Origin: a virus
Lineage: Duplodnaviria > Caudoviricetes
Strand: one strand, 5' to 3'
IMG/VR virus record: IMGVR_UViG_3300033066_001283
Location: 64,001-128,000 of that record
DNA length: 64,000 nt
A model generated the notes under the pieces. That model did no database searches and had not been told where the DNA came from. It saw only the letters and a program-made list of their open reading frames with translations. Made by a program: the position numbers and the translations under genes. Shown here in pieces: positions 10,401 through 19,561 of the stretch; the stretch's first letter is position 1; every line of letters begins with the position of its first letter.

Positions 10401-12538
10401 GATTGAAATTCTAAAGCTACAGGCATAACAAAATCTACACCCAATAGGTTAAAGATTTCATTATTGATCAACATTAATGGTGAGCCCTTATCACCAGCAT
10501 GCGTACTTTCTTTACCTATAGTTGAGAACTTATTGAGAACTTTAGAAATTGCTCTTTCATCAAACTCTTCCTTTAAAGCTTCTAGCTTTTGTTTTGCTTC
10601 TTTACCAAAGCATTTCCCTTCAATTATAAAGTTAGCAGAGATTCCACCCATATACTGATGAATAGGAAGAGGATCATATCTATTATTAAACATAGCCAGA
10701 TTATGACCTCTGCCACCAGATATTCTTTCTACCACTATCTCATCATTAACAGTATCTGCTCCTGAGATGTTAAACAGAATTGATCTTTCAATATCATTAA
10801 TAAAACTCTCACGCAATAGTTCTGCTACATCAACATGGGATATTCCCTGTCTTTTATCAATCTTGCTAATAGCATTAGTAACATCATTTAAAAGTGTTGA
10901 ATCTTTACCATCAGTTCTAAAAACTATACCAAAATAATCCTGTGGATTCTTGGCCATATTGTCAATTTTAGGTTTAACAACATTGATCCATTCTGTGTAC
11001 CCAAGTGGTTGATCTATAGTTCCACCTAAATCACCAGAGCCAGGGGGAGTACCATTAGTAATATTATACTCTCTTAAGACTGCAGTTTGAATTTGTTCAT
11101 ATAGACTTCTAGGATCAGTGGCATTAACTTCAACTATGTTGTCTGGATCAGACTCAATAGATGCTCTCTGAATAGCTGTTGGGAATGTTTCTGAGATAAA
11201 TGAGGAGGTAACGTGTGCTGAGTTAGGTAAGAAATTACCATTCTCATCTGCATATGTCATTCCAATAAACTTAGACCATTGGACTAAACCAATATAGATT
11301 CCAGGAGACTTAATTGACCCTGTGTATTTAACCCCTCTTGCATCTTCAGTTGCAATGCCAGTAAACTGAGAGAATAGAGCTGGATCTTGAATTTTTAAAA
11401 CATAGTATTTAGTACCAAGTTTAGTATCCTTGGTCCAATCGATCTTCTTAACATTAGGAGAAGTAACGCCATTATCCGTATTTTTTAACAGGCTTTGAAG
11501 TGAAGTTAAGGTATTAAGATCAATATAGCTTCCCTTCGTATCAGCCTTATTAATAATTGTATCAATAGAATTAGCAAATCCTGGACTGGAAAAGCTAAAT
11601 GACATCTTCCCATCAAATATTGAGTTAGGAGAATACCTACTAGTATTTCTAGTTTTACACCAAAGTTTAAACAATGGCCAACATATCATATCATCCATTT
11701 TCCATCGATGAATATTCTTTTTATCATCGTGGTATGGTGGGGTATAATACTCGTAGTTAAATGGATCAAACGCAATATCAACTATGATGGTATTAGGAAA
11801 ACCATCTAATGTGGAAATAGCAAAGTTCTTAACAGCAATAGCCTTACATGGAATATCTCCTCTTTCATCCGGCTTCCCAAAGGGACCACCATCAACAGTC
11901 AAGAATGGAGTTAAGCTTATTTGTTCGAGGATTTCTTGAACAGAAGCGATCTCAGCTGGGCCATTAGCCGTAAAACTAATATTAAAAGTCTCATAGGATC
12001 TCCCTGTTCCCATTTTCAGTGTACCAACCTGCCGCATAGCAGGGGTTTCCGATAAAGAGGTTCTCCTCATCTGTTTGATGAAGTTTACATTATTTTTGAA
12101 TATCGCATACCCTATCCTAATTTCATCATCAGCAAGGGGTCTATTTGCAATTGGAGTAAAGAATGGTAAAGTAATCTTCTTATACTCTGAGTGTCCTGTA
12201 TCCGTGTCACTAAGCTTTGAGATATCTGAGAATGCTAAAATCTTAGTAACTTCTCCTGATTCATTAAAAGTTAATCTAAATTTTCTTCCGTCTGAGAAAG
12301 ACACATTTCTGGAGTCCATCTTAGACATACCATTTAACTTATAGTTTTCAGTATCAGTTAAGCCAATTTCTTTACTCCAACTTTGTGGAGAATAGCTAGT
12401 ACTAATTCTATATACACTATTGACCGCAGATACTCTAGCCCCATCAACAACATATCCAGAAATGATTGCTTGTTCTACTGAATTTTGAATACGCCATTCA
12501 ATCTTATTTAATACTATCTGAACATCTTGGTTAATCAT
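4406..12538 (-). CDS. Very large baseplate hub / tail-tip protein (2710 aa)
   Basis: The segments RLHVRMGYG...VVFNGQVVE...LTVTAVGDG and MYQGWFTMLGCASIKPRDLIEFSD...VKEVIHRMD resemble gp27/late-control-D hub folds. It lies upstream of the lysins and wedge gene. Confidence 0.6.
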   Translation of the reverse strand: MINQDVQIVLNKIEWRIQNSVEQAIISGYVVDGARVSAVNSVYRISTSYSPQSWSKEIGLTDTENYKLNGMSKMDSRNVSFSDGRKFRLTFNESGEVTKILAFSDISKLSDTDTGHSEYKKITLPFFTPIANRPLADDEIRIGYAIFKNNVNFIKQMRRTSLSETPAMRQVGTLKMGTGRSYETFNISFTANGPAEIASVQEILEQISLTPFLTVDGGPFGKPDERGDIPCKAIAVKNFAISTLDGFPNTIIVDIAFDPFNYEYYTPPYHDDKKNIHRWKMDDMICWPLFKLWCKTRNTSRYSPNSIFDGKMSFSFSSPGFANSIDTIINKADTKGSYIDLNTLTSLQSLLKNTDNGVTSPNVKKIDWTKDTKLGTKYYVLKIQDPALFSQFTGIATEDARGVKYTGSIKSPGIYIGLVQWSKFIGMTYADENGNFLPNSAHVTSSFISETFPTAIQRASIESDPDNIVEVNATDPRSLYEQIQTAVLREYNITNGTPPGSGDLGGTIDQPLGYTEWINVVKPKIDNMAKNPQDYFGIVFRTDGKDSTLLNDVTNAISKIDKRQGISHVDVAELLRESFINDIERSILFNISGADTVNDEIVVERISGGRGHNLAMFNNRYDPLPIHQYMGGISANFIIEGKCFGKEAKQKLEALKEEFDERAISKVLNKFSTIGKESTHAGDKGSPLMLINNEIFNLLGVDFVMPVALEFQSTDQQPNVWNFSFNLIDYDVALKKAERVQFLPTTFNSMNRVAEYGFNSDPNWNPILQKGLEWFSLQGALAEQEVYPDMQLPTKNELYFWVNTLRMIATEYKKNKWATVTGIEALTLKLTPEEQVIFEHCREFIERDYNLIATWDDAPSAYSQALPGARVDPDFYCYYGAKDSFQHAFHIVATDQFGKFNNVGEASGKTDKTDFYTEYSPEYGISSVEMPEYLAVNKNHIDPENTYNTRMFNADKNGDKLLVPNVKEVIKTNVTQPLDDRAVEGSWWVDLQSDAAKKSESIIIAKEADKELAKGPNANLQDPNSQSPKSNITTTRYFSYAWRSAFAKLSASAPISIPNTDRFLGIGREYAVANKEFSGLTTDGGTRKVEMSEIAKIDVSDIEKAVLSSFQSNENFNPIPDIDAGVAKRSSWVYYNAINNRWFQSGNGVDEDYKLFNRKGKEFNIDPHILRAVFLARDNYGQYRINKPNNTEAFGDFASNILIDDDTDKDVLQKGGQPAKELILDKFCERYKAYQSYFNNIPSIVLMATMMWFDPNCSTYRDENEIKSSIIEDIKNKIKDYDLSDKGANIIAEILNTYDRAGVYVDVFYSTYINLCRVYGAYVDFEAKDPYFFGLSPLVLFTDDYALEDKPKYFDTSFFPSKKRGKIYTDTAKAYPIYADAAAAGLNNDQDPKEALRILISQTKKLKSALDPSTEVAIGGALLDMQKYSPFGRLVGAFPSFSVLIINEGWYWNAGNKRLWDHFYTRTGIASIDVFKSRHQAASTCSVTFSNMFYYLTSYAQQEAMQQDLFVRKNERTGKEISDGALVNVVRHLFSEVIVKDVPQEVIKIWRENQLKQLVLTTGARLHVRMGYGCDASALPVVFNGQVVEAPVQEGYLTVTAVGDGAELEKQATTKLTQANGSYAYSDGAFGGAGKDPSSIVVESILGPNIVTNIFGGNFRDFSSGIAHFGEVYYGQNFLHHPAEMQINIYSSAPSKLEQGLPAFEMFNFVLGLTTYNNDRNLFSVDVHEPSPWKVIEVCRRATHEFVASPEPFCTRSTLFFGKWWYPYHYTYDESILSVPAENLKLDTNVKTPNSNDGPNGTPVSKGYIPFIPFSTLTGMPFSDANPPTNQEAIKALGSEIDTIAALLPRIYSNIENAQKGKEYLYVNLVRVTSNEIADYTNSIDAFGGGSLSRNARQLASLTTIFNLQLKHGQILKYDSRSKSLTLQGEVSYGGTNVLSNGAVTEATATTKVDGKELVLPDFDKIDFVRDVNELVTHLKYKPYMQMYIASSAINLLDVNIIADSSNMATDAIGLHSWSGFGTKEAAVKTITYSLDCDITQSDRKTMLVDTGINLTQTQAGWEGIANTLAKGISYLPVVGGLLAKEAQEYFSASPTTPAINNGVINALLDSVKEMYQGWFTMLGCASIKPRDLIEFSDHIYDLRGPVLVKEVIHRMDAQTGFITMVSPDAVVLPANSLVGKSHVISLSTFGTRLMHYMAMRIMWASTVGQIKGKLNRKAQFKKIGNTNQYDALLHKAKNTNIKDQYLVEYKKASKEALEKKLKVLTDKDKSKLKAEDRVKITKQIDELRQKSIEIDRATEIKAVADINTGIGISPTVKAANVEDQVLFDIIKADERLKIKVDEYKAQAKRGVFRTLFNSEAEALEAINKYEASEKSLFITLNQGGIVTANPYSADEIAEASKWIQTNLSNDGIKNIVGNAAKEAEMSRNIGIIRTSDIAVRDAKEGEFLISSGTNVRTALQILKDSGAELAMVNRIGNAQTPLQIVEESFSLLTFPLKAAGQVITTAEDAAVSESSVVGGIKKIYKWQEEVRAMAKEGEGIDKAAARARALEKVTTDLKKLATDSWEIGKDLYAGGRLVGYAGPQAIISFAIDATKLIIGNALIEGFNARLAARKVGIIYPLRAGRLPFTAGIRGHQGAVVGDTPSWADKLIHNYLDPSAGAGWIPFASATIASFLGVKPPEFVEHPADRAYMKSLEEDNETNAGIQRSH

Positions 12539-13260
12539 AATTTAAAGTGTCGGGGGTGATTGTAGTGGGTGTTAAGAGAACCTGTAAAAGTAAGATCAAG
12601 ATTCTTATTTCCTAGTACTAATGGAGAGTGATTATTACCCTTACCACTCTTTCCAGCATCATTATCTAAAGTAGAGGACATTCCAGCTGGATGTAAATAT
12701 GCTTTCCTTCTATGAGCTTTATCCATAACACGCTTAATAGTATTATGAATAATAGGAACAGACATAGCTCCTACTAGTAGACCAAACGTTTTAGGTGATA
12801 ATAATCTTGCAACATTGGGATTATTCTTTCTAAGTTTGGTAACTGTATCTTTCATCTTTAAAAGTTCAGTAGAAAGAGTTTTGCTTGCTAAATGCCTTTC
12901 TAGGCTCTCTAATCCTAGTCCCCCTAGATTCTCTGCCCCCTTAGCTATAATGCTTGCTCCTGCGGCAACTAGGGCAGCGGAAGACACTATTCTACCACTG
13001 CTCATAGACCTTGAACCTTTCTTAGTATCCATAGCTGCGCCTAACGCAAAATAGCCAGCGAATAAAGGAGCAGGAGTATTTAGAAATACGTGTGAGGCAA
13101 TAGTAACTCCACCAAATAATGCCATAGCAGAGTTGTAATCTTTATTGTGGCTGTAGAATGGATGTTTTCTTACATGGGTTCTATGAATCTTTGGAGCAGC
13201 AATCTTTGATACAGTTCCTGCGGCTAGAAATCCTAGCCCTGCCATCATCAATCCTTCCAT
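12535..13260 (-). CDS. Gly/Ala-rich hydrophobic protein, possible internal (ejection) virion protein
   Basis: 241 aa with several hydrophobic segments; coupled to both neighbours. Confidence 0.4.
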   Translation of the reverse strand: MEGLMMAGLGFLAAGTVSKIAAPKIHRTHVRKHPFYSHNKDYNSAMALFGGVTIASHVFLNTPAPLFAGYFALGAAMDTKKGSRSMSSGRIVSSAALVAAGASIIAKGAENLGGLGLESLERHLASKTLSTELLKMKDTVTKLRKNNPNVARLLSPKTFGLLVGAMSVPIIHNTIKRVMDKAHRRKAYLHPAGMSSTLDNDAGKSGKGNNHSPLVLGNKNLDLTFTGSLNTHYNHPRHFKL

Positions 13261-16200
13261 TATATACCCTTCCTCATTATATCTCTGGCAGTAGTTCTAT
13301 GATCCCTATTTCTGTTATCTTCAATATAAGTATAATTATTTCTTATATCAAACTCAGAATCAAACATATTATAGACATTTCTGACTAGCTCTTCTTGATG
13401 CCTCTTAGACTCTACAAATCCTTCGAAGGTAATGTCTATTCTGAATGGATCAGTACTTCCATTCCACACAGCCATCTTATCAGGATCTCCTGGGATCTCA
13501 CTATTCTTAATAATAGGATCTATACCTGTTTTTCTACTTGTTTTCCCTTGAGAGAAATCAGGCTTTGGATTAATTCCTGCTGATAAAGCTATTGCAGCAG
13601 AAAGTGCCATTAAAGGTTTTGCAAACTTAGCAGACCCTAATGGAGCTTCTATTCTACTTTGAGAGATCATGGTAGCTTGAAGCTTCTTTCCAATATCTTC
13701 CTGTATAGTTTTAGTAGTAAGATTAACTGCTGTAGTTACTTGTTTAACATTCTCACCTTTGGGAATTCCAGCTTGATGCATTGCTGCTTCCACAGTTTGC
13801 CTTGCCGCTTCTTCTATATGCAAATGCTGCTCAATTCCAGTAAACAATTCTAATCCAGTAGCACCATTATCCCTATTCTGCTGTATATGATTTCTAACAT
13901 TTTCCCAAATATCTCCAATCTTAGCTTCTAGATTATTCTCAAATCTACGCCTATTAGCCATAATACCTTGTTCACTCTCATTAGCAAACGCAGCATCATT
14001 TAACACTATAGAAGAATATTCAATTGCCTGAATTTTCTGAGCGTAGTTACTAATCTCCTCTTCACTTCTCTTTCCAAAGATATGATCTAGGGCTCCAGGA
14101 GCTCCATTTCTAGCAGCATTAAAATACTGTTTAATTCTTTTATTACCTGTTCCAGCAATTCTATTATTTATAGATTCATTTTGACCACTATGAACTGCTT
14201 CAGCTACTAAACTCTCCATTCCTTCAGAAGTAGAAATTTTCTGTTGAAGCTGTCTAATAGTTTTAATATGTGGATTATCTGTATAATCCCAACCCATATC
14301 AGCAATAGCATCTTTCCAAGCTTTTAAGTTACTTCCAAATCCTCTCTCACCTGCTAGTGTGGTTGAAGCTTCATGTAATTTATCAGCTTCCTCTTCACTT
14401 AATCCAAAGAATCTATAGTCTACCTTATTATTCTCGGCAATAACTTTATTAGTTAATTCTCGTACACCATCAAGAAGAGCTTTAGGACCTAATTGAACTG
14501 AAGTATTTAATCCTCCTGATGTAACTCCTAACCCTTCAACAGCCTTACCAGCTAATCCAAGTGTAATTCTAGGTACAGTTGTAATTTCTTTCTCAAATCC
14601 ACCATCTTTCAACCTCTGCATTAATCTTGAGAAGCCATCGAAGTAACCTAGAACACTAGATATTTCATTCTCAGGATCACTACTAACCTTAGCTAACATT
14701 TCTCCATATTTACTACCCAAGAACTGACCATATTCACTTGATGTTAAAGCCTTGTGAGCTTGTGTTCCAGGGATAGCATCTGCTAATTTATATGTGAGTA
14801 ACTTATGCTGAGGACCCTCTTCTATACCTTTTGAAAGTAAGAAATCTGATGCAAATCTCTCTATAGCATCCTGTCTCTCTAATGGATGAGTAGGAAGTGG
14901 ATGTGAAGCAAGTTTTCTTTGGTATTCAGGAAGTAATGCTTGAGCTTTTCTATCTGCATGAAAATTAAAGACAGTATGTGGACCAAATTCATTAATCATT
15001 TCACGATCCCACTCACCTGTAGGATCTTGGAAAGTCTTATTAAAAGGATTTAAACCACGAAGCTTTCTTGCTCCAACATCTTGGTTAATTTCATTATATC
15101 TTTCTATTAAATCATCAGTCCATGGAGTAGCACCATTAGTAAGCTTCGCTCCTAAGTGTGAAGCTGATAAACCACTTAGATTAATATAATTACCAGTGCC
15201 TTTTAACCCTCCATCTAGTTTCATTTCTTCTAACAATGCTGAGAAATGGGATCCATGGGTGTAAACACCATGATTTTTAATGATCATTCCGTAGGTTCTA
15301 GAGATTGGATTCTCATCTAAGTAGACCATAGATTGCACGTCTTTCAGTTCATCAACATTTTCTAAGAACCGTGATTTCATCTTAGCTAATAGTTCATGTG
15401 CTTGTTGAACGTCATATTTAGCCTCATGTTGATGTCGCAATTGACTTAATGGAGTATTTAATTCATCTAAAGCTAAAGTTTCTTGTCTGAGATTTCCTAG
15501 TCTATGCCCTGCTAATTGTGGAATTATTTCAATGTTAAATAATCGATTATGGTAGATATCTGTTAATTCATGTCTTAGAAGAGCAATTCTATCTCTATGA
15601 TCAATAAGACCATCATCCATAATATCTAATTGTTGTAACATAGTTTCAAGGTCAAAATTACCTTTGGTACCAATTACTTCAAACCCACTCATATGATGAA
15701 TAAGTTCTTCAAACTTGTTAAGATAAGCCTCATTGAATCTAACTCTTTTCTGTCCAACATGGTCAAATATTTGGTTATCAGCAGTAGCTAAGTTTGCTTG
15801 ATGAATAAAAGGTAATCCATTAGCAGAAATAGTTTCAAGGTCCAAAATAGCTGAAGATTCAGGATTACTATAATACTTTTTCGCTAGAGCTAATTGATGA
15901 TCTAGTGGTAGATCTAGATCTGAACCAAACACAAATGGTGTATCTTTAACTGATTTAAAAGCAATACTAGTACTTAATCTAGCTTCTTCAAACACTTCAG
16001 CAGGGAATGAAGGCTTATGCCAATTTCCTGTATGAATAACTGAAGCTTGTTCAAGAGCTTTATTTTTATTCAAAATCTCTGCTTTAGTTCCTAAAGTTTT
16101 AATATTAATTTCATTACCATCTACAGAATGAGCAAAAATCTGTACACCTTCTGGAGCTTGATTTAAAATATCTGATAGACTTTTACTAGATATCTCATTC

Positions 16201-17681
16201 TTATTAGGACCTCTGAATCTAAAGTATGACTCATCATTTTGATCAAACTGGGTCGGTACAAATTCCCTTCGCCTAATCTCATAATTGGAACCACTAAGGT
16301 CAACCTCTTTTAATAGATCTCTCTTATTTTCTTGATGGAACTGAAAAGCTGAATCTAAATCAACAACTTTATCGTCAAATACTATATTATTGAAAGTTTC
16401 TGCAGGTATAAAGAGTCTCCTATCCTGATGAGTTTTAAGTATCCTCTCCATTAACCCTTTATTGACAGTAGACACTTCACCTTTATATCTAACTTTCTTC
16501 CCTCTCAATAGATCCATTAGATATTCTGGATTTGCAGCCACCAAACTATCTGTTTCAGCAATCCTATTAAATGGCTTAGCATTTCTATAAAATAGGTTAG
16601 AGAATCTTACTGATGAAGATCTATTATATGTTGTATTAGCAATTTGGCCATACGCTCCCATTCTCCTGGAAACAATATTATCTCTCACTCTAATAAGAAG
16701 GTCATGAATTCCATGCTTCTCAGTAGTTTCAGAAAGAGTATGATTTAAGAGTCTATTACCGCCTCTGGTACTTTTACCTTTCTTCACCCTAGCTTGAAGT
16801 CTTATAGCCGCTTCTCTTGCAGACTTACCTAAATGTGTTGCATGTGGCCCAAGAGCTTCCATATAAGCCTGGGCAGTTCTAGCAGTTGGATCAGTACTAA
16901 CTCCAGGATGATACTCTCCTAAATTCCCACCGAAGAAGGATTTGAAGAGTGATTTCATAGGACTCCATTCACCAGTAACTGTTTTATTACTAGGCATGTG
17001 AGCTTTTGTATGATCAAATAATCCTACAGATCTTGCTTTAACTAGCCCTTGGAATGCTCCACCATCAGTAAGTAACGCTTCAATAAAAGTCTGTGGTGCT
17101 CTGGAATGAGGAACTTTAGAATTTCTAAGTCTTTCTGAGGAATAAGCCTTGATAAATTCTTCAACATACTCAGGAGTTATTTCTTTAGATACATTTTCAA
17201 GAAGCAGTGCTCTAAGATATCCTGGGTCTGCTCTTTCATAACTAGTAAGATCAAACCCCATTACTAGTTCTCTAGCTAAGTCAACTAGCTCTTTACTAAC
17301 TCTAGCACTTCTATCAGGATCGATAGAACCAATCATATGAAAAAGATCTTGGAGAGGTTGTTGTTCTTCTATCCCAATAATAGCTTCAACATTTTCTGGT
17401 GGAATACATCGCTTCGTATCCTCTTCAGCTATTTTCATAGCCTGTTCTGGTGTATTACCACTAGGGTTAGTTCTTAGCGTTGTGAAGATTTCTTCAAAAT
17501 GTGAAGTTGAAGTAACATTAACTGTGGTTAAGTTCTTGTTATGAAGGTAGATTAGGTATAATAATGCTGCACCAGTTTCAGTAGTCGCAACTGAGGACTG
17601 AATCACATAATCAGTTTTAGTCTTCTTATCCCTAATTAATGTGCCGGGTTCATAATTGGGAGTCCCTAATCCTTTTGCCAT
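13260..17681 (-). CDS. Large virion-region protein (1473 aa) with a DEDDh 3'-5' exonuclease-like domain
   Basis: ExoI AILDLET (~15831-15851), ExoII KGNFDLET, ExoIII HEAKYD (15411-15428). Confidence 0.6.
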   Translation of the reverse strand: MAKGLGTPNYEPGTLIRDKKTKTDYVIQSSVATTETGAALLYLIYLHNKNLTTVNVTSTSHFEEIFTTLRTNPSGNTPEQAMKIAEEDTKRCIPPENVEAIIGIEEQQPLQDLFHMIGSIDPDRSARVSKELVDLARELVMGFDLTSYERADPGYLRALLLENVSKEITPEYVEEFIKAYSSERLRNSKVPHSRAPQTFIEALLTDGGAFQGLVKARSVGLFDHTKAHMPSNKTVTGEWSPMKSLFKSFFGGNLGEYHPGVSTDPTARTAQAYMEALGPHATHLGKSAREAAIRLQARVKKGKSTRGGNRLLNHTLSETTEKHGIHDLLIRVRDNIVSRRMGAYGQIANTTYNRSSSVRFSNLFYRNAKPFNRIAETDSLVAANPEYLMDLLRGKKVRYKGEVSTVNKGLMERILKTHQDRRLFIPAETFNNIVFDDKVVDLDSAFQFHQENKRDLLKEVDLSGSNYEIRRREFVPTQFDQNDESYFRFRGPNKNEISSKSLSDILNQAPEGVQIFAHSVDGNEINIKTLGTKAEILNKNKALEQASVIHTGNWHKPSFPAEVFEEARLSTSIAFKSVKDTPFVFGSDLDLPLDHQLALAKKYYSNPESSAILDLETISANGLPFIHQANLATADNQIFDHVGQKRVRFNEAYLNKFEELIHHMSGFEVIGTKGNFDLETMLQQLDIMDDGLIDHRDRIALLRHELTDIYHNRLFNIEIIPQLAGHRLGNLRQETLALDELNTPLSQLRHQHEAKYDVQQAHELLAKMKSRFLENVDELKDVQSMVYLDENPISRTYGMIIKNHGVYTHGSHFSALLEEMKLDGGLKGTGNYINLSGLSASHLGAKLTNGATPWTDDLIERYNEINQDVGARKLRGLNPFNKTFQDPTGEWDREMINEFGPHTVFNFHADRKAQALLPEYQRKLASHPLPTHPLERQDAIERFASDFLLSKGIEEGPQHKLLTYKLADAIPGTQAHKALTSSEYGQFLGSKYGEMLAKVSSDPENEISSVLGYFDGFSRLMQRLKDGGFEKEITTVPRITLGLAGKAVEGLGVTSGGLNTSVQLGPKALLDGVRELTNKVIAENNKVDYRFFGLSEEEADKLHEASTTLAGERGFGSNLKAWKDAIADMGWDYTDNPHIKTIRQLQQKISTSEGMESLVAEAVHSGQNESINNRIAGTGNKRIKQYFNAARNGAPGALDHIFGKRSEEEISNYAQKIQAIEYSSIVLNDAAFANESEQGIMANRRRFENNLEAKIGDIWENVRNHIQQNRDNGATGLELFTGIEQHLHIEEAARQTVEAAMHQAGIPKGENVKQVTTAVNLTTKTIQEDIGKKLQATMISQSRIEAPLGSAKFAKPLMALSAAIALSAGINPKPDFSQGKTSRKTGIDPIIKNSEIPGDPDKMAVWNGSTDPFRIDITFEGFVESKRHQEELVRNVYNMFDSEFDIRNNYTYIEDNRNRDHRTTARDIMRKGI

Positions 17682-17685
17682 TAAT

Positions 17686-17718
17686 AAAAATAGAGCAGGA
17701 GGGTTAGTCCTGCTCTAT
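17686..17718 (-). terminator. Intrinsic terminator
   Basis: 11-bp stem ATAGAGCAGGA/TCCTGCTCTAT with a 7-nt loop, followed by a T-run on the minus strand. Confidence 0.7.
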
Positions 17719-17729
17719 CAAAGGAGTAG

Positions 17730-17984
17730 TTATTCTTCTATTGATCTAGAGTGCCGAGCTAGATCAGCTTCCTTTAAAGTTTGAATCCTAGCCTTCTTCT
17801 TGCCCTTCTTATTAGTGTATCCACCATTAGTTCTAGCAATGTATAAAAGCCTCAATCTATTTAGTTCTCTGCTTTCTTTCTTAAACTTCTCTTCATCAAT
17901 CTCACCCTTAGAAAGTAAGTCTTCTAAAGCAGCAATCTCTTTAGTTATATCTGGTGATCCATTATTAATTTTACCGTAATTCAT
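17730..17984 (-). CDS. Small basic hypothetical protein (SHOCT-like helix pair)
   Basis: Start reassigned to ATG 17984 behind SD AGGAGG; contains EIAALEDLLSKGEIDEEKFKK. Confidence 0.5.
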   Translation of the reverse strand: MNYGKINNGSPDITKEIAALEDLLSKGEIDEEKFKKESRELNRLRLLYIARTNGGYTNKKGKKKARIQTLKEADLARHSRSIEE

Positions 17985-18298
17985 TATTGTCCTCCTAGAC
18001 AGGAACATCCTGTACAATTACACGTCTCATCACATTTGCAGCTATCCTCTTCTTCCCATACTTCAATCTCTGAAGGATCTTTTTCTGATAAGAGAATATA
18101 GCCTGTTCCATTTACACGCTTATTTAAGGCTCTATAAGCATACTGTTTTAGTTGTAGAAATTCAGCTAGCTCTTTATTTGAGCTTAAGTCAAGATCTTCT
18201 CCTTCAATATGCTCATGAATATGAAACTTATCTTCACTCTTCTCAACAGTTACTACAACTGTCTGATTCTTATAGCTAAACTTAATTCCGTATCTCAT
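17984..18298 (-). CDS. Hypothetical protein with a Cys-rich C-terminus
   Basis: 104 aa ending CKCDETCNCTGCSCLGGQ. Confidence 0.55.
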   Translation of the reverse strand: MRYGIKFSYKNQTVVVTVEKSEDKFHIHEHIEGEDLDLSSNKELAEFLQLKQYAYRALNKRVNGTGYILLSEKDPSEIEVWEEEDSCKCDETCNCTGCSCLGGQ

Positions 18299-18470
18299 CT
18301 ACTTGCTCCTCAATAATCTCTCGTATCTTGGCAATATCTTCATCTGATAAGGGAAGTTCAGATTCAACATTAATTGTTTTCTTAATCTTCTTGGTCGCTT
18401 CTTTAATTGCCTTCATCACTCGCTTAGGATTCATACCCTTAACATCTATCTCTATAACTACTTCATCCAT
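18282..18470 (-). CDS. Small hypothetical protein
   Basis: 62 aa, coupled to the stop of the phosphoesterase gene. Confidence 0.5.
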   Translation of the reverse strand: MDEVVIEIDVKGMNPKRVMKAIKEATKKIKKTINVESELPLSDEDIAKIREIIEEQVDEIRN

Positions 18471-19558
18471 TATCTTATTCCTATTAGTTCTGTCTTGCTA
18501 AGATTGGTAAGCCCATCTTCAACATACAACGCTACATATCCTACTGTAGGTGGTCTATATCTACCATGACCCTCAATTTGATATTCCATCACTTTACACA
18601 TACATCCTGTATTCAGTAATAGTCTACCTTTAGGTGTGTATTCCATACTGAGGAAATGAGAATGGGCTTGTGTAATAACGTTAACATCATCTTCAAAGTT
18701 GAGAATATGATCCCACTGATTAATCCATCCTTCTAACTTTCTAACAGCATCTTGACCACAGAAGTTATTGAAGTGCCCAAATAAGCAGTCATTTAAGATT
18801 CCACAATAGTCCATCTCTATATTCTCATCTACGATAAGATTATTGGAGTCTGGTATGGCGACACTGATAACTTCAACATTCTTGAACTTAGAAGCAAGAA
18901 GATCAATTGGATCAACTATCAGTGGTAGTATTTCAGGCATAATATCCTGAAGTTTCTTAGTTACTCTATGATCATGATTACCTTTAATCATGTAAATCTT
19001 ATCAAATTTATTAGCAAGCTTCTCGAGATGTGTAAGTGCAATAGCAAGCTCTTCAGAAACTCTATATCTATCTGAAGTTTTTCTGAATCTACTAGCTGCA
19101 TACATATCTAAGAAGTCTCCCACAATTACTAAAGTACTTGCTGGATCTTCTAGCAATTTAGCAAATGCTTTCTCATTTACAAATGGGAAATGAAAATCTC
19201 CTGCAACTGCAATTCGATTCTTATCATTCTTAGTCTTAAATGGTGTTGATTTAGGAAGCTTACCTAAAATCTTATCCAATGATTCTGACGCTTTCTCTAC
19301 AAAACTAGAATATGAGTTAGATTGATGCTTATCATTAACAGTAACATCTGAATTCCTATAGTCTTTCCATAGACTTGCCAATGCTCTTCCTGCATCTAAT
19401 TCTGTAGAGAAGACATTAGTTTTAACAAGTCTAGCTTTAATATGATCTACTGCCTTCTTAGCTTGTTTACTAAGATAGTAATCTGAGGCGGCAGCTACAG
19501 GAATATCTCTCTCCTCAGCTAATTCAATAAGTTTATTCGGTATAATTATCTCTTTCAT
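18470..19558 (-). CDS. Calcineurin-like metallophosphoesterase
   Basis: All metal-binding motifs present: GDFHFP, GDFLD, GNHD, FGH, AHSH. Confidence 0.85.
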   Translation of the reverse strand: MKEIIIPNKLIELAEERDIPVAAASDYYLSKQAKKAVDHIKARLVKTNVFSTELDAGRALASLWKDYRNSDVTVNDKHQSNSYSSFVEKASESLDKILGKLPKSTPFKTKNDKNRIAVAGDFHFPFVNEKAFAKLLEDPASTLVIVGDFLDMYAASRFRKTSDRYRVSEELAIALTHLEKLANKFDKIYMIKGNHDHRVTKKLQDIMPEILPLIVDPIDLLASKFKNVEVISVAIPDSNNLIVDENIEMDYCGILNDCLFGHFNNFCGQDAVRKLEGWINQWDHILNFEDDVNVITQAHSHFLSMEYTPKGRLLLNTGCMCKVMEYQIEGHGRYRPPTVGYVALYVEDGLTNLSKTELIGIR

Positions 19559-19561
19559 TAT

